Shown here piece after piece: positions 1 through 11,084 of a DNA stretch of 64,000 nt. Where the stretch lies: positions 53,972 to 117,971 of the forward strand of contig CAVWBU010000031.1 in NCBI GenBank assembly GCA_963753345.1, given 5' to 3'. A program made the translations under genes and the position numbers. This stretch comes from an uncultured Fibrobacterota bacterium. GTDB lineage: Bacteria; Fibrobacterota; Chitinivibrionia; Chitinivibrionales; FEN-1185. The notes beneath the pieces are model-generated. The model had not been told where the DNA came from and made no database searches. It was given only the letters and a program-made list of their open reading frames with translations. The first letter of the stretch is position 1. Each line of letters starts with the position of its first letter.

Positions 1-753
1 ATATTACTGGTTGACGAGGTGCTGGCAGTGGGGGATGCGCAGTTTCAGAAGAAATGTTTGGGGAAGATGGAAGACGTAAGCAAGAAGGAAGGAAGAACCG
101 TGCTTTTTGTGAGCCATAATATGGCCGCCGTGAGCCAGATTTGCACCAAAGGAATAGTTCTGAGCAGCGGGACGGTCCATTTTAGCGGATCTCAGGAACA
201 TGCGATCCAAGATTATTCAAAGAGTAACCAAACCGTAACTGCCAGCCTCAGAAATAGAACGGACCGAAAAGGATCAGGCGAAATACGTATTACCGGGATA
301 GACATACTTGATGAAAATCGAGAGAAAATTGACTATATTAAATCGGGCCAGAATATTCAAATCGTTTTTCATTATGAAACATCCGGCAGAAAAACTTTTT
401 CAAACGTACTGATGAGTTTTCTCATAAAAACGCCAGTAGGCGTGTCTGTTTTTTTGCAACACAACAGGTTAACAAATTTTGATTTTGGTGAATTACCCGA
501 AAGAGGATCCTTCGTTTGCAGAATTCCGCACTTGCCCTTGCCGCCATCGGTATACAATTTGATTTACACCATTCTGCCTGCTTATGGATCGCAGGAGGAC
601 TATTATGACTCAATGGACAATGCAATCTCACTAAACGTCATTAGTGGGGACTATTTTAAGACGGGAGAAGTTCCTCCAAGCACCCATGGCGTCTGCTTGG
701 TAGACGCAACATGGGAACTCGCAAAAGATATTCAAGAGAAAACCATAGCATGA
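1..753 (+). CDS. wzt: Polysaccharide ABC transporter ATP-binding protein with Wzt C-terminal domain (5' truncated by window)
   Basis: Frame open from base 1: ILLVDEVLAVGDAQFQKKC Walker B, then GRTVLFVSHNM H-loop, then RKGSGEIRIT-type Wzt_C domain. Confidence 0.9.
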   Translation: MLLVDEVLAVGDAQFQKKCLGKMEDVSKKEGRTVLFVSHNMAAVSQICTKGIVLSSGTVHFSGSQEHAIQDYSKSNQTVTASLRNRTDRKGSGEIRITGIDILDENREKIDYIKSGQNIQIVFHYETSGRKTFSNVLMSFLIKTPVGVSVFLQHNRLTNFDFGELPERGSFVCRIPHLPLPPSVYNLIYTILPAYGSQEDYYDSMDNAISLNVISGDYFKTGEVPPSTHGVCLVDATWELAKDIQEKTIA

Positions 754-1502
754 ACTCAATGGCCAAAATAGTCAGACGCGCGCTTGTCCGCGCTTTCCGT
801 TTTTTCAACCCTTCTCACTACTGCGACCCCGGTTATGTCGAGAAGAAAGAATACATTTTCTATGTTAATTTCCTTAAAGACAAGATGACTGTTTTTGACA
901 TTGGCGCCAATATTGGGGAGCTTTCGTTATTGTTTTCCAAATTTATTTCGCCAAACGGTGTCTTGCACTGCTTTGAGCCGACCCCGCAAACATTTGACAA
1001 ATTGAAATCCACAGTAACTCTGGCAAACCGGGCAAACGTTATCCTCAATAACATCGCCGTTTCGAATGAAATAGGCGAAATAACGTTCAATGTTTATGAC
1101 GACAAGCACAGTACCTTCAATACGATTGCCAACCGGCCGCTCGAAAAATACGGCATTCAGGATGTGCATTCAAAAAAGACGACAGTAATGGCGACGACTA
1201 TTGATAATTATTGCGGGAAAAACAAAATCGACCAGATCGACCTTCTTAAAATAGATGTGGAAGGGGCCGAATATCAGGTCCTGCTTGGTGGAAAGAAGAT
1301 GTTTTTGGAAAAAAGAATCAAATGCTGCATATTTGAGTTTGGACAAACAATTTACGATATGGGAAACAAACCCCAGGACCTCATTCGGTTTTTTGATGAA
1401 GTTGGCTATACGCTCAGGAACATAGTCAAAAATGCTCCATTATTCCCGCACGACAGAAACAAGATCGCCCTATTCTCGATGCTTCATGCAATGCCACAAT
1501 AA
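750..1502 (+). CDS. FkbM family methyltransferase
   Basis: VFDIGANIG, FEP, IDLLKIDVEGAE motifs; ATG overlaps the wzt stop (ATGA). Confidence 0.9.
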   Translation: MNSMAKIVRRALVRAFRFFNPSHYCDPGYVEKKEYIFYVNFLKDKMTVFDIGANIGELSLLFSKFISPNGVLHCFEPTPQTFDKLKSTVTLANRANVILNNIAVSNEIGEITFNVYDDKHSTFNTIANRPLEKYGIQDVHSKKTTVMATTIDNYCGKNKIDQIDLLKIDVEGAEYQVLLGGKKMFLEKRIKCCIFEFGQTIYDMGNKPQDLIRFFDEVGYTLRNIVKNAPLFPHDRNKIALFSMLHAMPQ

Positions 1503-1504
1503 AA

Positions 1505-2249
1505 ATGTCAAACAATCCATTCGTTAGGCTAATCAAAGGAATCCGGAGGCGCTACAAGAAGTATGCAAGCGACAGAGAGCGGCTTTCCACCTTTTATAAA
1601 CAACTCAAACATTACAATTTTATTGCCGATGCAGAACACCGTGCCGAGAGGCGGTATCTCTATCCCTGTCTCTATGATTCCACTCAAGAAACCGAAATCG
1701 AGCCCATATATTTTTATCAGGACGTATGGGCCTTTGAGCGCATTTTCAATAATAGACCTGCGACGCACGTTGATATCGGATCACATCACAAGTTTGTTGC
1801 ATTTTTGTCCAAGATAACAAAACTAACCATGATCGATGTCAGGCCACTTTCCCTCAAGTTAGATTCCATTAATTTTACTGAAGGCACCATATTGGATCTT
1901 CCTTTTAAAGACAATAGCATTGAATCCATCTCAAGTTTATGTGTGATTGAACACATAGGTTTGGGCAGATATGGAGATCCGCTGGATCCGTTAGGCTCAG
2001 AGAAGGCTATCTCTGAAATCACGAGAGTTCTAGGGAAAGATGCTCATCTTTATTTATCTGCACCTGTGAGTGATAAGATTTCCGTTTATTTTAATGCAGG
2101 CAGAATATTTGCTTGGAGTACCTTATGAAGTTGCTAAAGGATTACAAATAGCCAGAAAAGATTTTATCGTCAACAAAAGCCTAACGGATATTTTTGCACC
2201 TAATGATTATTTTCAAACAACTATCCTGCTGGATTTAGTAAAGAATTGA
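1505..2249 (+). CDS. DUF268-like class I SAM-dependent methyltransferase (apparent frameshift near 2120)
   Basis: HVDIGS, DVRP, LPFKDNSIESISSLCVIEHIGLGRYGDPLDP; ORF stops at 2128 but a plausible C-terminus (ILLDLVKN*) ends at 2249. Confidence 0.75.
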
Positions 2250-2250
2250 C

Positions 2251-3061
2251 ATGAATGTCGAACTAGAAATACTGTCGAAAATTCCTCTATTACTCCATGC
2301 TTATGACCGTAAGAGGAAAGGTGTTGCTATTGACATCGGCGTCGGCACGGGAAATTTTCATTGTGAAGCATTTAGACGCGCCGGATACAAGTCATACGCG
2401 GTTGAGCCGCTGCCGTCGCAACGATTAAAAGGCATATGCAAGAAACTGAGGATAAATCTGTATGAATCCTGTATCTGTGATTTTGATGGAACAGTAGATA
2501 TCTTTTCAGGCCGCTTTAATGGTAATGATTGCAGTGACGTGTCTTCGATTAAGAGAGATTGGTGGGGGATTGATGACAAAAGCAGGAAGATCAGCGTAAG
2601 GGCCACCACGCTCACAGAATTATTGCACAGGTTCGAAATCAAGAAAATCACCTACATGAAAATTGATACTGAAGGCTCCGAAAAGGACATTATCAAGCAA
2701 TTTGTCAACCTACAAAAGAGTGAACTTCCTGAAATAGTGGAATTTGAATATGGAGGCGGCGCAAGCAAAAAAGAAAACAAGGCGGGCTGGTCGCAGGAAT
2801 ATTTTTCCCAGACGCTGAATGCATAAATATTTTGAAATCGCTCGGCTACTCGTATGCCGTTTTGTTCGAAGGGGACTGCCGGGGCCGGTTGAGTTCAATT
2901 TGCCAGGGGAAGCGTGCTTGGAATTCAAGGATGAGTTTGTCTACGGGGATATGGTTTTTTTTAAAGACAAGAAAATTGATATGGCCACGTTGCTAAACTA
3001 CCAAAAACCTCCAACTATTGGTGAAAGAACAAGAACACTGGTCAAACGATTCCTGAAATGA
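2251..3061 (+). CDS. FkbM family methyltransferase (frameshift near 2820)
   Basis: IDIGVG, VEP, MKIDTEGSE; continues in ORF 2819-3061, whose stop overlaps the next start. Confidence 0.75.
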
Positions 3062-3905
3062 TCGCAATAAAATTACAAGGCAGGCTTGGAAATCAAATGT
3101 TCCAGTATGCCTTTGCAGAATATGTTTCCAGCAAATTTTCCGTGTCTTTTTTCTTTGACGCCACGACGTATTCCTTTCTATTGCCCAGGTATTTCAAAGT
3201 AAAAAAGCTTCCAACCCTGCTCACCGGAATATACAGTAATAAGTTGTTTCGTTATGGGAGAAAATTGGTTAATAGACATTTTATAAGGAATCGGGCTGTG
3301 CAGGTGGGAAAAAACGATCCACAGGAATTATTGCGCACTTTAAGCAACTGGACACGCTATGAGATTTATTGCCAATCATATGATTGCTTTAGGTCAGTGG
3401 AGAATTCAATAAGAAATACATTCCAAATAAAGAAGGAATATGTAAGACAGTTCAAGGGTAAGTATCAGACTTTGTTTGAGAAGAGTAAAACTATTGTTGC
3501 TCATTTTCGAGGAGGTGATTACTTTGATTGGGGTGACGACAATTTAGGAGGAAAAAACCCTACTTTGCCTTTATCATTCTATGCAAATTGCTTCAATAAG
3601 ATAGAAAACATCGGACAATATCAAATCATCTTTGTGAGCGATTCAATTTCGTATGTTAAAAGGTATTTCGGTGAAAACAATAACTGTCAATACGAATCAA
3701 ATTCTGAAATAGTAGATTTCCAAATTTTACTGAACGCCGATATTGTAATTGCTTCCAACAGCAGTTTTGCCTGGTGGGGGGCCTTCTTGAATCTGAAAAG
3801 GGCTCAGGTGTATGCACCTGAATATTGGTTCAGTCAAAAATAAAGAAGGAATATCCTGTAGGAATTTTAAGGAACCTCAATTGGAATATTATACCGGTTG
3901 AATAA
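3058..3905 (+). CDS. Alpha-1,2-fucosyltransferase (GT11), probable frameshift near 3835
   Basis: LQGRLGNQMFQYA, HFRGGDY, SNSSFAWWGAFLN motifs. Confidence 0.88.
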
Positions 3906-3932
3906 TCGAATAGCTAAGTTCAGCCAAACGGA

Positions 3933-4894
3933 ATGAATACGATGATTGACAATGCACTTGCCCCTATAGTCCTTTTCGTTTACAATCGCCCGCCATTAAC
4001 CTTACAAACACTTAAAGCGTTAAGTGAAAATGAATTTGCAGACAAGTCTGAATTGTTTATATATGCTGATGGCCCCAAACAAGATGCTGACGTAAATGAA
4101 ATTACAAAAGTCAGAGACGTTAGAGATGTAATTCGGAAAAAAAATGGTGTAGCAAGGTTTCAATTATTGAAGCTCCAAAGAACAATGGTCTTGCCCGTTC
4201 TGTAATAACTGGAGTATCCGAAGTGGTGAACCGTTTTGGGAAGGTCATAGTTCTGGAAGATGATCTTGTTACATCAAAATGGTTCTTGAGATATATGAAT
4301 GAGGCTCTCGATCTTTATGACCAGGAAGAAGAAGTCATTAGCGTAACGGCATACATTTATCCTGTAAGAAAGCGGTTGCCTGAGACATTCTTTGTCAAGC
4401 TTGCTGATTGTTGGGGGTGGGGAACCTGGAAACGCGGTTGGAATCTATTTAATGAAAATGGACAGTATCTTCTTCAAACAATATTAGGTAACCGTCTCGG
4501 GAAGGAATTTGATTTTTCAGGAGCATACCCTTATACGCAAATGCTGAAAGACCAGATAGCAAGAAGAAATGACTCTTGGGCTATTTTGTGGTACGCATCA
4601 GCTTTTGTTCAAAATAGACTTACTTTATATCCTGGGACTTCACTAGTGAAAAACATCGGTCTTGATGGATCGGGAGCCAATTGTGGAAAGTCCGACAAGT
4701 TTAATGTTTCCCTTGCCCAACGTTCAATTGAAATAAAGAAAATACCCGTGAGTGAGAACATTGAAGCCAAAGCTAACATAATCCGCTATTTCAGGGATCT
4801 AACCAAGCCGCCATCACTGGTAAGAATGGCTCTTTCGAAACTATTTAAAGCGTTCTGCTCAATTTCCTTAATAAAAAAGATCATCCCATGCTGA
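3933..4894 (+). CDS. Glycosyltransferase (GT2-like), split by frameshift at A-run ~4137-4144
   Basis: APIVLFVYNRP..IYADGPK (3933-4205) and VIVLEDD..CWGWGTW..NIGLDGSG (4223-4894) are two halves of one known family. Confidence 0.85.
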
Positions 4895-5706
4895 GAAAAT
4901 TAATATCTACGATCTTGCCTGAAATTATAAAAAAGCCTTTAAGACAAGTAATGAAAAAGTCAATGTGGAGGAATACCGTTTCAAACAATATTGAATTCGT
5001 CGGAAACTACGCAACTTGGGATGAAGCGTGCGCGAACTCGATCGGTTATGACTCAGAGCTTATACTTAATAAGACAAAAGAAGCCCTGCTTAAAGTAAAG
5101 CGAGGTGAAGTGGTCTACGAGCGTGATTCCGTTATTTTCGATAGAATCGAATATTCATGGCCGCTGCTCGCCGGTTTGCTCTGGGCCGCCTCACGGCATA
5201 ATAACGTGCTTAATGTCGCCGATTTTGGCGGATCTCTCGGAAGCACCTATTTTCAATGCAGGGCATTTTTTGACAATATGCGGGAAGTAAAATGGAACAT
5301 TATCGAACAGGCGCATGTAGTTAAATGTGGTAAGGAGAATTTTGAAGATGGTGTAATCAAATTTTATTATGACATCGAATCCTGCTGGAAAGAACAGAGG
5401 CCTCATACGCTGTTGCTGTCCAGTGTTCTTCCATATTTAGAGAAACCGTATGAATTTATTGAACAGATCACACGCATAGGCTTTGAAACCATCATTATTG
5501 ATAGAACACTGTTCAATGCGGGAGCCGGTGACAGGCTCACGGTGGAAAAAGTGCCTGAACATATCTATCCCGCAAGCTATCCCTGCTGGTTTTTCGATAA
5601 GCAGAAGTTCTTGTCAATGTTTGCGGAGAAGTACATTCTGTTATCTGAATTCCCCGGTTTTTTAGCAGGAAATGGTTTTATCTTCAGAATCAAGGGAACA
5701 TATTAA
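4888..5706 (+). CDS. Methyltransferase, TIGR04325-like family
   Basis: YERDSV, WPLLAGL, DFGGSLGSTYFQ, WNIIEQ, IYPASYPCW. Confidence 0.85.
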   Translation: MLRKLISTILPEIIKKPLRQVMKKSMWRNTVSNNIEFVGNYATWDEACANSIGYDSELILNKTKEALLKVKRGEVVYERDSVIFDRIEYSWPLLAGLLWAASRHNNVLNVADFGGSLGSTYFQCRAFFDNMREVKWNIIEQAHVVKCGKENFEDGVIKFYYDIESCWKEQRPHTLLLSSVLPYLEKPYEFIEQITRIGFETIIIDRTLFNAGAGDRLTVEKVPEHIYPASYPCWFFDKQKFLSMFAEKYILLSEFPGFLAGNGFIFRIKGTY

Positions 5707-5714
5707 GGAAAAAA

Positions 5715-6476
5715 GTGAACTTTGTTCGCCCATTACTAAGAAGCTTGCTCAACCCGGTTCTATCAATTGTCCGCAAGAATGACTTTTGTCCGGGCATGAT
5801 AGGTGTGCTGGTTAACCCCTTTTATTTCGCAAGAAAAGGACTTTATGAACAGATAAAATCGCTATCACATTATGTGAAGGGTAAAATCCTCGATGTAGGA
5901 TGCGGCACTAAACCATATAGAAGCCTCTTTAAAATAAAAGAATATATAGGGTTGGAATTACAGAAAGAGTCGGAAAAAAAATCAATTTGGGCTGACTACG
6001 TTTATGACGGAAGCAGGTTCCCTTTCGATAATGCTTCATTTGATTCTGTTGTCTTGTTCGAGGTTTTCGAGCACGTTTTCAATCCTATGCGGTTTATTTC
6101 CGAGATTAGGAGAGTACTTATTAAGGGAGGGTATGTTCTCATGACAGTTCCATTCGTGTGGGACGAACATGAACAGCCGTATGATTTTGCCCGCTATTCT
6201 TCTTTCGGGTTACGGTCTGTCCTTGTAGAGAATGGTTTTAGAATAATAGAGCAAAGGAAAAGTGTTAATGATATAAGGGTGATTTTTCAATTGATTAATG
6301 CTTACTTGTACAAAATCACAATAACGAAAAACGCTTATGTAAATATAGTATTGACATTATTCTTGATTGCACCCTGGAACATTTTGGGAACTTTGGTTGG
6401 TCGCATTTTGCCAAAAAATAACGATTTATTTCTCGATAATGTCGTCGTAGCGCAAAAGGACGATGCTTATGAATGA
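5715..6476 (+). CDS. Class I SAM-dependent methyltransferase
   Basis: ILDVGCGTKPY, FPFDNASFD, EVFEHVFNP, PYDFARY. Confidence 0.9.
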   Translation: MNFVRPLLRSLLNPVLSIVRKNDFCPGMIGVLVNPFYFARKGLYEQIKSLSHYVKGKILDVGCGTKPYRSLFKIKEYIGLELQKESEKKSIWADYVYDGSRFPFDNASFDSVVLFEVFEHVFNPMRFISEIRRVLIKGGYVLMTVPFVWDEHEQPYDFARYSSFGLRSVLVENGFRIIEQRKSVNDIRVIFQLINAYLYKITITKNAYVNIVLTLFLIAPWNILGTLVGRILPKNNDLFLDNVVVAQKDDAYE

Positions 6477-7467
6477 CGAGCTTATTAAAAAGACATTTCA
6501 GAACAGAAAATGCCTCATTACCGGTGGCCTTGGTTTCATCGGTTCAAATTTGGCCAGAAAACTTGTCGAATGGGGAGCGAACGTTACTGTTATAGACAGT
6601 CTGATCCCGGAATATGGGGGAAACCTGTATAATGTTAATGGCATTGAGAAGAAACTTAAGATTAACATTTCCGATATCCGCGATGAATTCAGCATGAAAT
6701 ATCTAGTGCAGAACCAGGAATACCTTTTCAGCCTTGCGGGACAGACAAGCCACATGGATTCAATGGCTGATCCGCAGACCGATCTGGAGATCAATGCCAA
6801 GGCCCAGTTATTCATTCTTGAAGCGTGCCGGAAATTTAATCCGACTATAAAGATTGTTTTTGCAAGCACTCGCCAGATTTACGGCAAACCGGATTACCTT
6901 CCTGTTGACGAAAAACATCCTGTTCGTCCCGTGGATATCAACGGTGTCAATAAAGTTGCGGGAGAATGGTACCATTCTCTTTATACCAAGGTTTACGGTT
7001 TGAAGACCACGGCTCTCAGATTGACTAATACAATCGGGCCAAGAATGAGGATTAAGGATGCTCGCCAGACATTTCTTGGTGTTTGGATACGGCAGATACT
7101 GGAGGGGAAAGAAATTGAAGTCTGGGGCGGTGATCAATTGCGTGATTATACCTATGTCGAGGACGCCGTTGACGCTTTTATATTGGCAGCAGCCAGCGAT
7201 TCCTCGAATAACAAGGTTTTTAATCTTGGGGGGAACGGGGCTATTTCATTAAAAGATACCGCGGAACAACTTATCCAGGTTGCCGGGAAGGGCAGGTATA
7301 GTATTAAAGAATATCCTCCTGAAAGGAAAAAAATTGATATCGGCGATTTCTATTCAGACTGTGCCTTGATTGAAAAAGAGCTTGGCTGGAAACCTGTAAC
7401 TTCTATAAGAACCGCCTTGAGAAAAACCATTGAATATTTCGCTGAGAATTTCAAGCATTATTTATAA
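6469..7467 (+). CDS. NAD-dependent nucleotide-sugar epimerase/dehydratase
   Basis: ITGGLGFIGSN Rossmann motif; extended SDR. Confidence 0.92.
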   Translation: MNDELIKKTFQNRKCLITGGLGFIGSNLARKLVEWGANVTVIDSLIPEYGGNLYNVNGIEKKLKINISDIRDEFSMKYLVQNQEYLFSLAGQTSHMDSMADPQTDLEINAKAQLFILEACRKFNPTIKIVFASTRQIYGKPDYLPVDEKHPVRPVDINGVNKVAGEWYHSLYTKVYGLKTTALRLTNTIGPRMRIKDARQTFLGVWIRQILEGKEIEVWGGDQLRDYTYVEDAVDAFILAAASDSSNNKVFNLGGNGAISLKDTAEQLIQVAGKGRYSIKEYPPERKKIDIGDFYSDCALIEKELGWKPVTSIRTALRKTIEYFAENFKHYL

Positions 7468-8580
7468 TTGGAGATTTTGGTGAAGATTCCCCAGTGCAAT
7501 CCTCTTGCAAGCTATTTAAGCCAAAAGGAAGATATTAATGAAGCAATTTCAAATGTCTTCAATAAGGGTATTTTTATTTTAGGAGAAGAGGTCGCAAATT
7601 TTGAAAATGAATTCGCTCATTATACAGGCGTAAAATATGGAGTGGGAGTAGGAAGCGGCACCGAAGCCCTACATATTGCATTGCGGGCCTGCGGGATCGG
7701 CCCTGGTGACGAGGTAATTACGGTTTCGCATACTGCGGTGGCAACTATTGCAGCTATTGAACTCTCTGGTGCCATACCTGTTCTTGTTGACATCAGACTA
7801 GATAGTTATACAATTGATACGGACCAACTAACAAAAGCAATTACCAAGAAGACAAAAGCAATAATACCGGTGCACCTGTACGGACTTCCGGCGGATATTG
7901 AAGAAATAATGAGCATAGCAAATCGGTTCGGTTTACATGTAATAGAAGACTGCGCCCAGGCGCATGGGGCAATGTATAAAGACATTCGAGCGGGTGCGTG
8001 GGGCCATATCGGAGCGTTCAGCTTTTATCCGACTAAAAATCTCGGCGCCTTTGGTGACGGAGGCGCCATAGTGACGAACGATGAAAAAATGGCTCAAAAA
8101 TGCCGCTCATTGAGAGAGTATGGGTGGCATGAAAGGTACATAAGTTCAGAAAAGGGCTGGAACACACGTCTTGACGAATTGCAGGCGGCGATATTACGGG
8201 TAAAACTTCAATCACTTGATAACGGAAATAATAGAAGACGTGAAATCGCAAATAAATACAACCAGAACCTACGAAATACCGGAACTATTATTCCAACTGA
8301 AAATCAAGATAAGTACCATGTTTATCATCAGTACGTTATACGTCACACAGAACGTGATCGTCTTCGACGGCATTTGATTAGCAAAGATATTGGAACATTA
8401 ATTCATTATCCGGTCCCTATACATATGCAGCCTGCATATATAAATAAAATTAAATGCCCGTTTCCTCTTACCGTGACGGAAATCGTTAAGAATGAAATTC
8501 TCAGTTTGCCGATGTTCCCTGATCTTACTTTCGCGCAGGTCGATTACATAGTGTCTGCTATTTTGGAATTCAAGGAATAG
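7468..8580 (+). CDS. DegT/DnrJ/EryC1/StrS aminotransferase
   Basis: GSGTEAL, IEDCAQAHG, FSFYPTKNLGAFGDGG. Confidence 0.95.
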   Translation: MEILVKIPQCNPLASYLSQKEDINEAISNVFNKGIFILGEEVANFENEFAHYTGVKYGVGVGSGTEALHIALRACGIGPGDEVITVSHTAVATIAAIELSGAIPVLVDIRLDSYTIDTDQLTKAITKKTKAIIPVHLYGLPADIEEIMSIANRFGLHVIEDCAQAHGAMYKDIRAGAWGHIGAFSFYPTKNLGAFGDGGAIVTNDEKMAQKCRSLREYGWHERYISSEKGWNTRLDELQAAILRVKLQSLDNGNNRRREIANKYNQNLRNTGTIIPTENQDKYHVYHQYVIRHTERDRLRRHLISKDIGTLIHYPVPIHMQPAYINKIKCPFPLTVTEIVKNEILSLPMFPDLTFAQVDYIVSAILEFKE

Positions 8581-8586
8581 AACAAG

Positions 8587-9570
8587 ATGTATTATTTCTG
8601 TACCTATTTTGATTCAAACTATTTAACTAGGGGCTTGGCGCTGCACGAGTCACTGTGCAAGCATGCTAACCCGTTTCATCTATGGATACTTTGTCTCGAT
8701 GACGTATCATTTGATTTCCTTTCAAAGCGCAAGTTATTGAATGTAAGCCTCATTCAGCTTTCTGATATAGAGAATTGGGATGCCCGCCTCCGTGACGCTA
8801 AGAATAATAGGTCCAAGATTGAATATTACTTTACCTTAAGTCCATTTTTCCCCTCATACGTTCTTAAGACCAATTCGCAGGTTGATCTTGTCACCTATCT
8901 GGATGCTGATCTTTATTTTTATTCTGATGTAGGTCCTATATTCAAAGAATTGGGCAACAATTCAATTCTAATAATCGGGCACAAATTTTCAGCAAAGAAT
9001 TTATATCATGAAAAATATGGGTCATATAATGTTGGTTTTCTTTCTTTCAGGCGAGATGTGCAAGGAGAACAATGTCTGGCGTCGTGGCAGGGAAAATGTT
9101 TGGAATGGTGTTCAAATCGTTCGGAAGGAGACAGGTTTGCAGACCAGAAATATTTAGACAAATGGCCCCAGCAATTCAAGAATGTAATCGTGTTGCAAAA
9201 CAAGGGAGCAAACGTTGCTCCGTGGAATCTTGACAATTATAAGGTCCGGCATATAAATGGCAAAATATACATTGATGATTCGCCATTGATTTTTTACCAT
9301 TTTCACGATCTTTACCGCCTTCACGCCTCGTTTTATCTTACAGGGTTGCAGAAATATTACACGCGTTTGAACAAAACCGTAGCTAACTTTCTATACATTC
9401 CGTACATTAAAAAAATAAACGGATTCGGAATTGAAACGCCGGTAAGAGAAATTAAAATCGCAAAAACAGCAAACATTATTAAATATGCCATGCAAAACCT
9501 TAGGATTTATAAGTTTCTAAGGAATATTAGATGGTATTTAAAAGGTCAAGGTATGTTTGTGAAACGATAA
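8587..9570 (+). CDS. Glycosyltransferase (GT-A fold)
   Basis: FCTYFDSNYL, YLDADLYF, YNVGF, DQKYLD, NVAPWN, FYHFH. Confidence 0.85.
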   Translation: MYYFCTYFDSNYLTRGLALHESLCKHANPFHLWILCLDDVSFDFLSKRKLLNVSLIQLSDIENWDARLRDAKNNRSKIEYYFTLSPFFPSYVLKTNSQVDLVTYLDADLYFYSDVGPIFKELGNNSILIIGHKFSAKNLYHEKYGSYNVGFLSFRRDVQGEQCLASWQGKCLEWCSNRSEGDRFADQKYLDKWPQQFKNVIVLQNKGANVAPWNLDNYKVRHINGKIYIDDSPLIFYHFHDLYRLHASFYLTGLQKYYTRLNKTVANFLYIPYIKKINGFGIETPVREIKIAKTANIIKYAMQNLRIYKFLRNIRWYLKGQGMFVKR

Positions 9571-9659
9571 TATTCATCAATCTCATTGAAATCCCTTGCG
9601 GCAGTTGAACAAGTCGAGGCGAGAGTCGCACACTTGGGATAACGTGCTACGGAGCAAAA

Positions 9660-9922
9660 TGCCAATGATAAAGCAATTTCTTATAAGACATATTATTAAG
9701 GCACAGGACTTGAAGGGATTCGCACTTGTGAAGAAACTGAATAACAGCACCATGGAAAGTGCATTCTCTCGGATCACAGCAAGAAGACATGCAATCAATA
9801 CCGCAATCGATGTCGGGGCATCGGATGGAAGTTGGACTCATTCCGGCAAGCAGATCTCGTATTTATCAAGGAAGACAGGCCCGAATTTGCTTATTCTAAT
9901 TACAAATACCTGGGAAAGATGA
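9660..9922 (+). pseudogene. Truncated FkbM-like methyltransferase remnant
   Basis: AINTAIDVGASDGSWT SAM motif followed by an early stop; no room for the rest of the domain before 9939. Confidence 0.55.
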
Positions 9923-9938
9923 ATCCTTAAGGAGGGCT

Positions 9939-10748
9939 GTGAGATTCAGGATTATAACACCTTGTTTCAACGCCGAACGCTTTATCCAGGACACGCTCGA
10001 TAGCGTCCTTGGGCAGAAAGGCGATTTCTTTATCGACTACGTCGTTGTAGATGGCGGGTCGACGGACAAGACCGTTGAGATATTAACTAGAACTAAGCAC
10101 CGCGCGGACAAAGAAGCTGACCCGAGGATAAGCTTCAGGTTTATCTCAGAAAAAGACCAAGGCATGTATCATGCCATTTATAAAGGTCTTAATTTAACAA
10201 CCGGAGATATTTGTGCATATATAAATGCAGACGACCTGTACATGCCAAATGCCTTTTCTGCAGTAGCCGATGTATTCGTAAACTATCCGCAGGTGAAATG
10301 GCTTACAGGGATACCAACATACCTCAACGAACCGGGGCAGAACTATGTTCCACATGTTCCATTCAAATATTCACGGTCATTCCTCATAAAAGGTTTTTAC
10401 GGAACAACGGTAGAGGGCGTGTACCAGCAATCTAATTTCTGGCGTAGCGATCTATTGTCATGTGTAAACATGAAAGCCTTTTGCGGACTTAAATATGCCG
10501 GTGATTTTTTTCTCTGGAGATACTTTGCAGAACACGAAAATCTATATATTATGGTAAGCGTTTTGGCAGGTTTCAGGATACATGGAACCAATCTCTCGAT
10601 TACTGCGCGTAAAGAATACATGCTTGAATTTAAGTCCATTCCAAAGCCTCCGACGATAATAGACAAGCAGGTGTTTCTATTATTTCTTTTGTGCCATTAT
10701 CTTCCTAATAGATTTAAAAAATTGTTCAACAGACGATTAATAATTTAA
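9939..10748 (+). CDS. Glycosyltransferase family 2
   Basis: IITPCFNAERFI, VVDGGSTD, EKDQGMY, YINADDLY. Confidence 0.92.
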   Translation: MRFRIITPCFNAERFIQDTLDSVLGQKGDFFIDYVVVDGGSTDKTVEILTRTKHRADKEADPRISFRFISEKDQGMYHAIYKGLNLTTGDICAYINADDLYMPNAFSAVADVFVNYPQVKWLTGIPTYLNEPGQNYVPHVPFKYSRSFLIKGFYGTTVEGVYQQSNFWRSDLLSCVNMKAFCGLKYAGDFFLWRYFAEHENLYIMVSVLAGFRIHGTNLSITARKEYMLEFKSIPKPPTIIDKQVFLLFLLCHYLPNRFKKLFNRRLII

Positions 10749-10953
10749 GAGAATGGGAAATGGGTTATTCAATAAAAACCAGCTCATACGGTACTCTGCC
10801 GTTGAATTCTGCTTTTGCAATCGCCGCGGAAAAGGCAAAATTCAACACCCTCCGCTGTGTGAATGCCGGGATCTGCTGAAAAGCCAGTGACAAATAACGG
10901 GTGGATTGGCAAGAGCCTCTGCTCCATGAGTGCCGTATGCGGTCAAAGCCGCG

Positions 10954-10975
10954 GTCCCGCGTCCGCGGGAATGAC
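10954..10975 (-). repeat. REP-like palindrome (GTCA-TTCCCGCG..CGCGGGA type)
   Basis: Minus strand reads GTCATTCCCGCGGACGCGGGAC. Confidence 0.6.
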
Positions 10976-11084
10976 ACCAAATACGGCAATTCTTAGAGAT
11001 CCCCTAAAGAAGGCCCTGCATGAAACAGACACTGCCACAGGTAGTTTATCAACGTAACTGGAAATAATTTAAGAGGCATCTCCG

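Noticed and set aside
4137-4144. Phase-variable poly-A tract in a glycosyltransferase
   Set aside because: The run is short and indistinguishable from homopolymer sequencing error given the other indels
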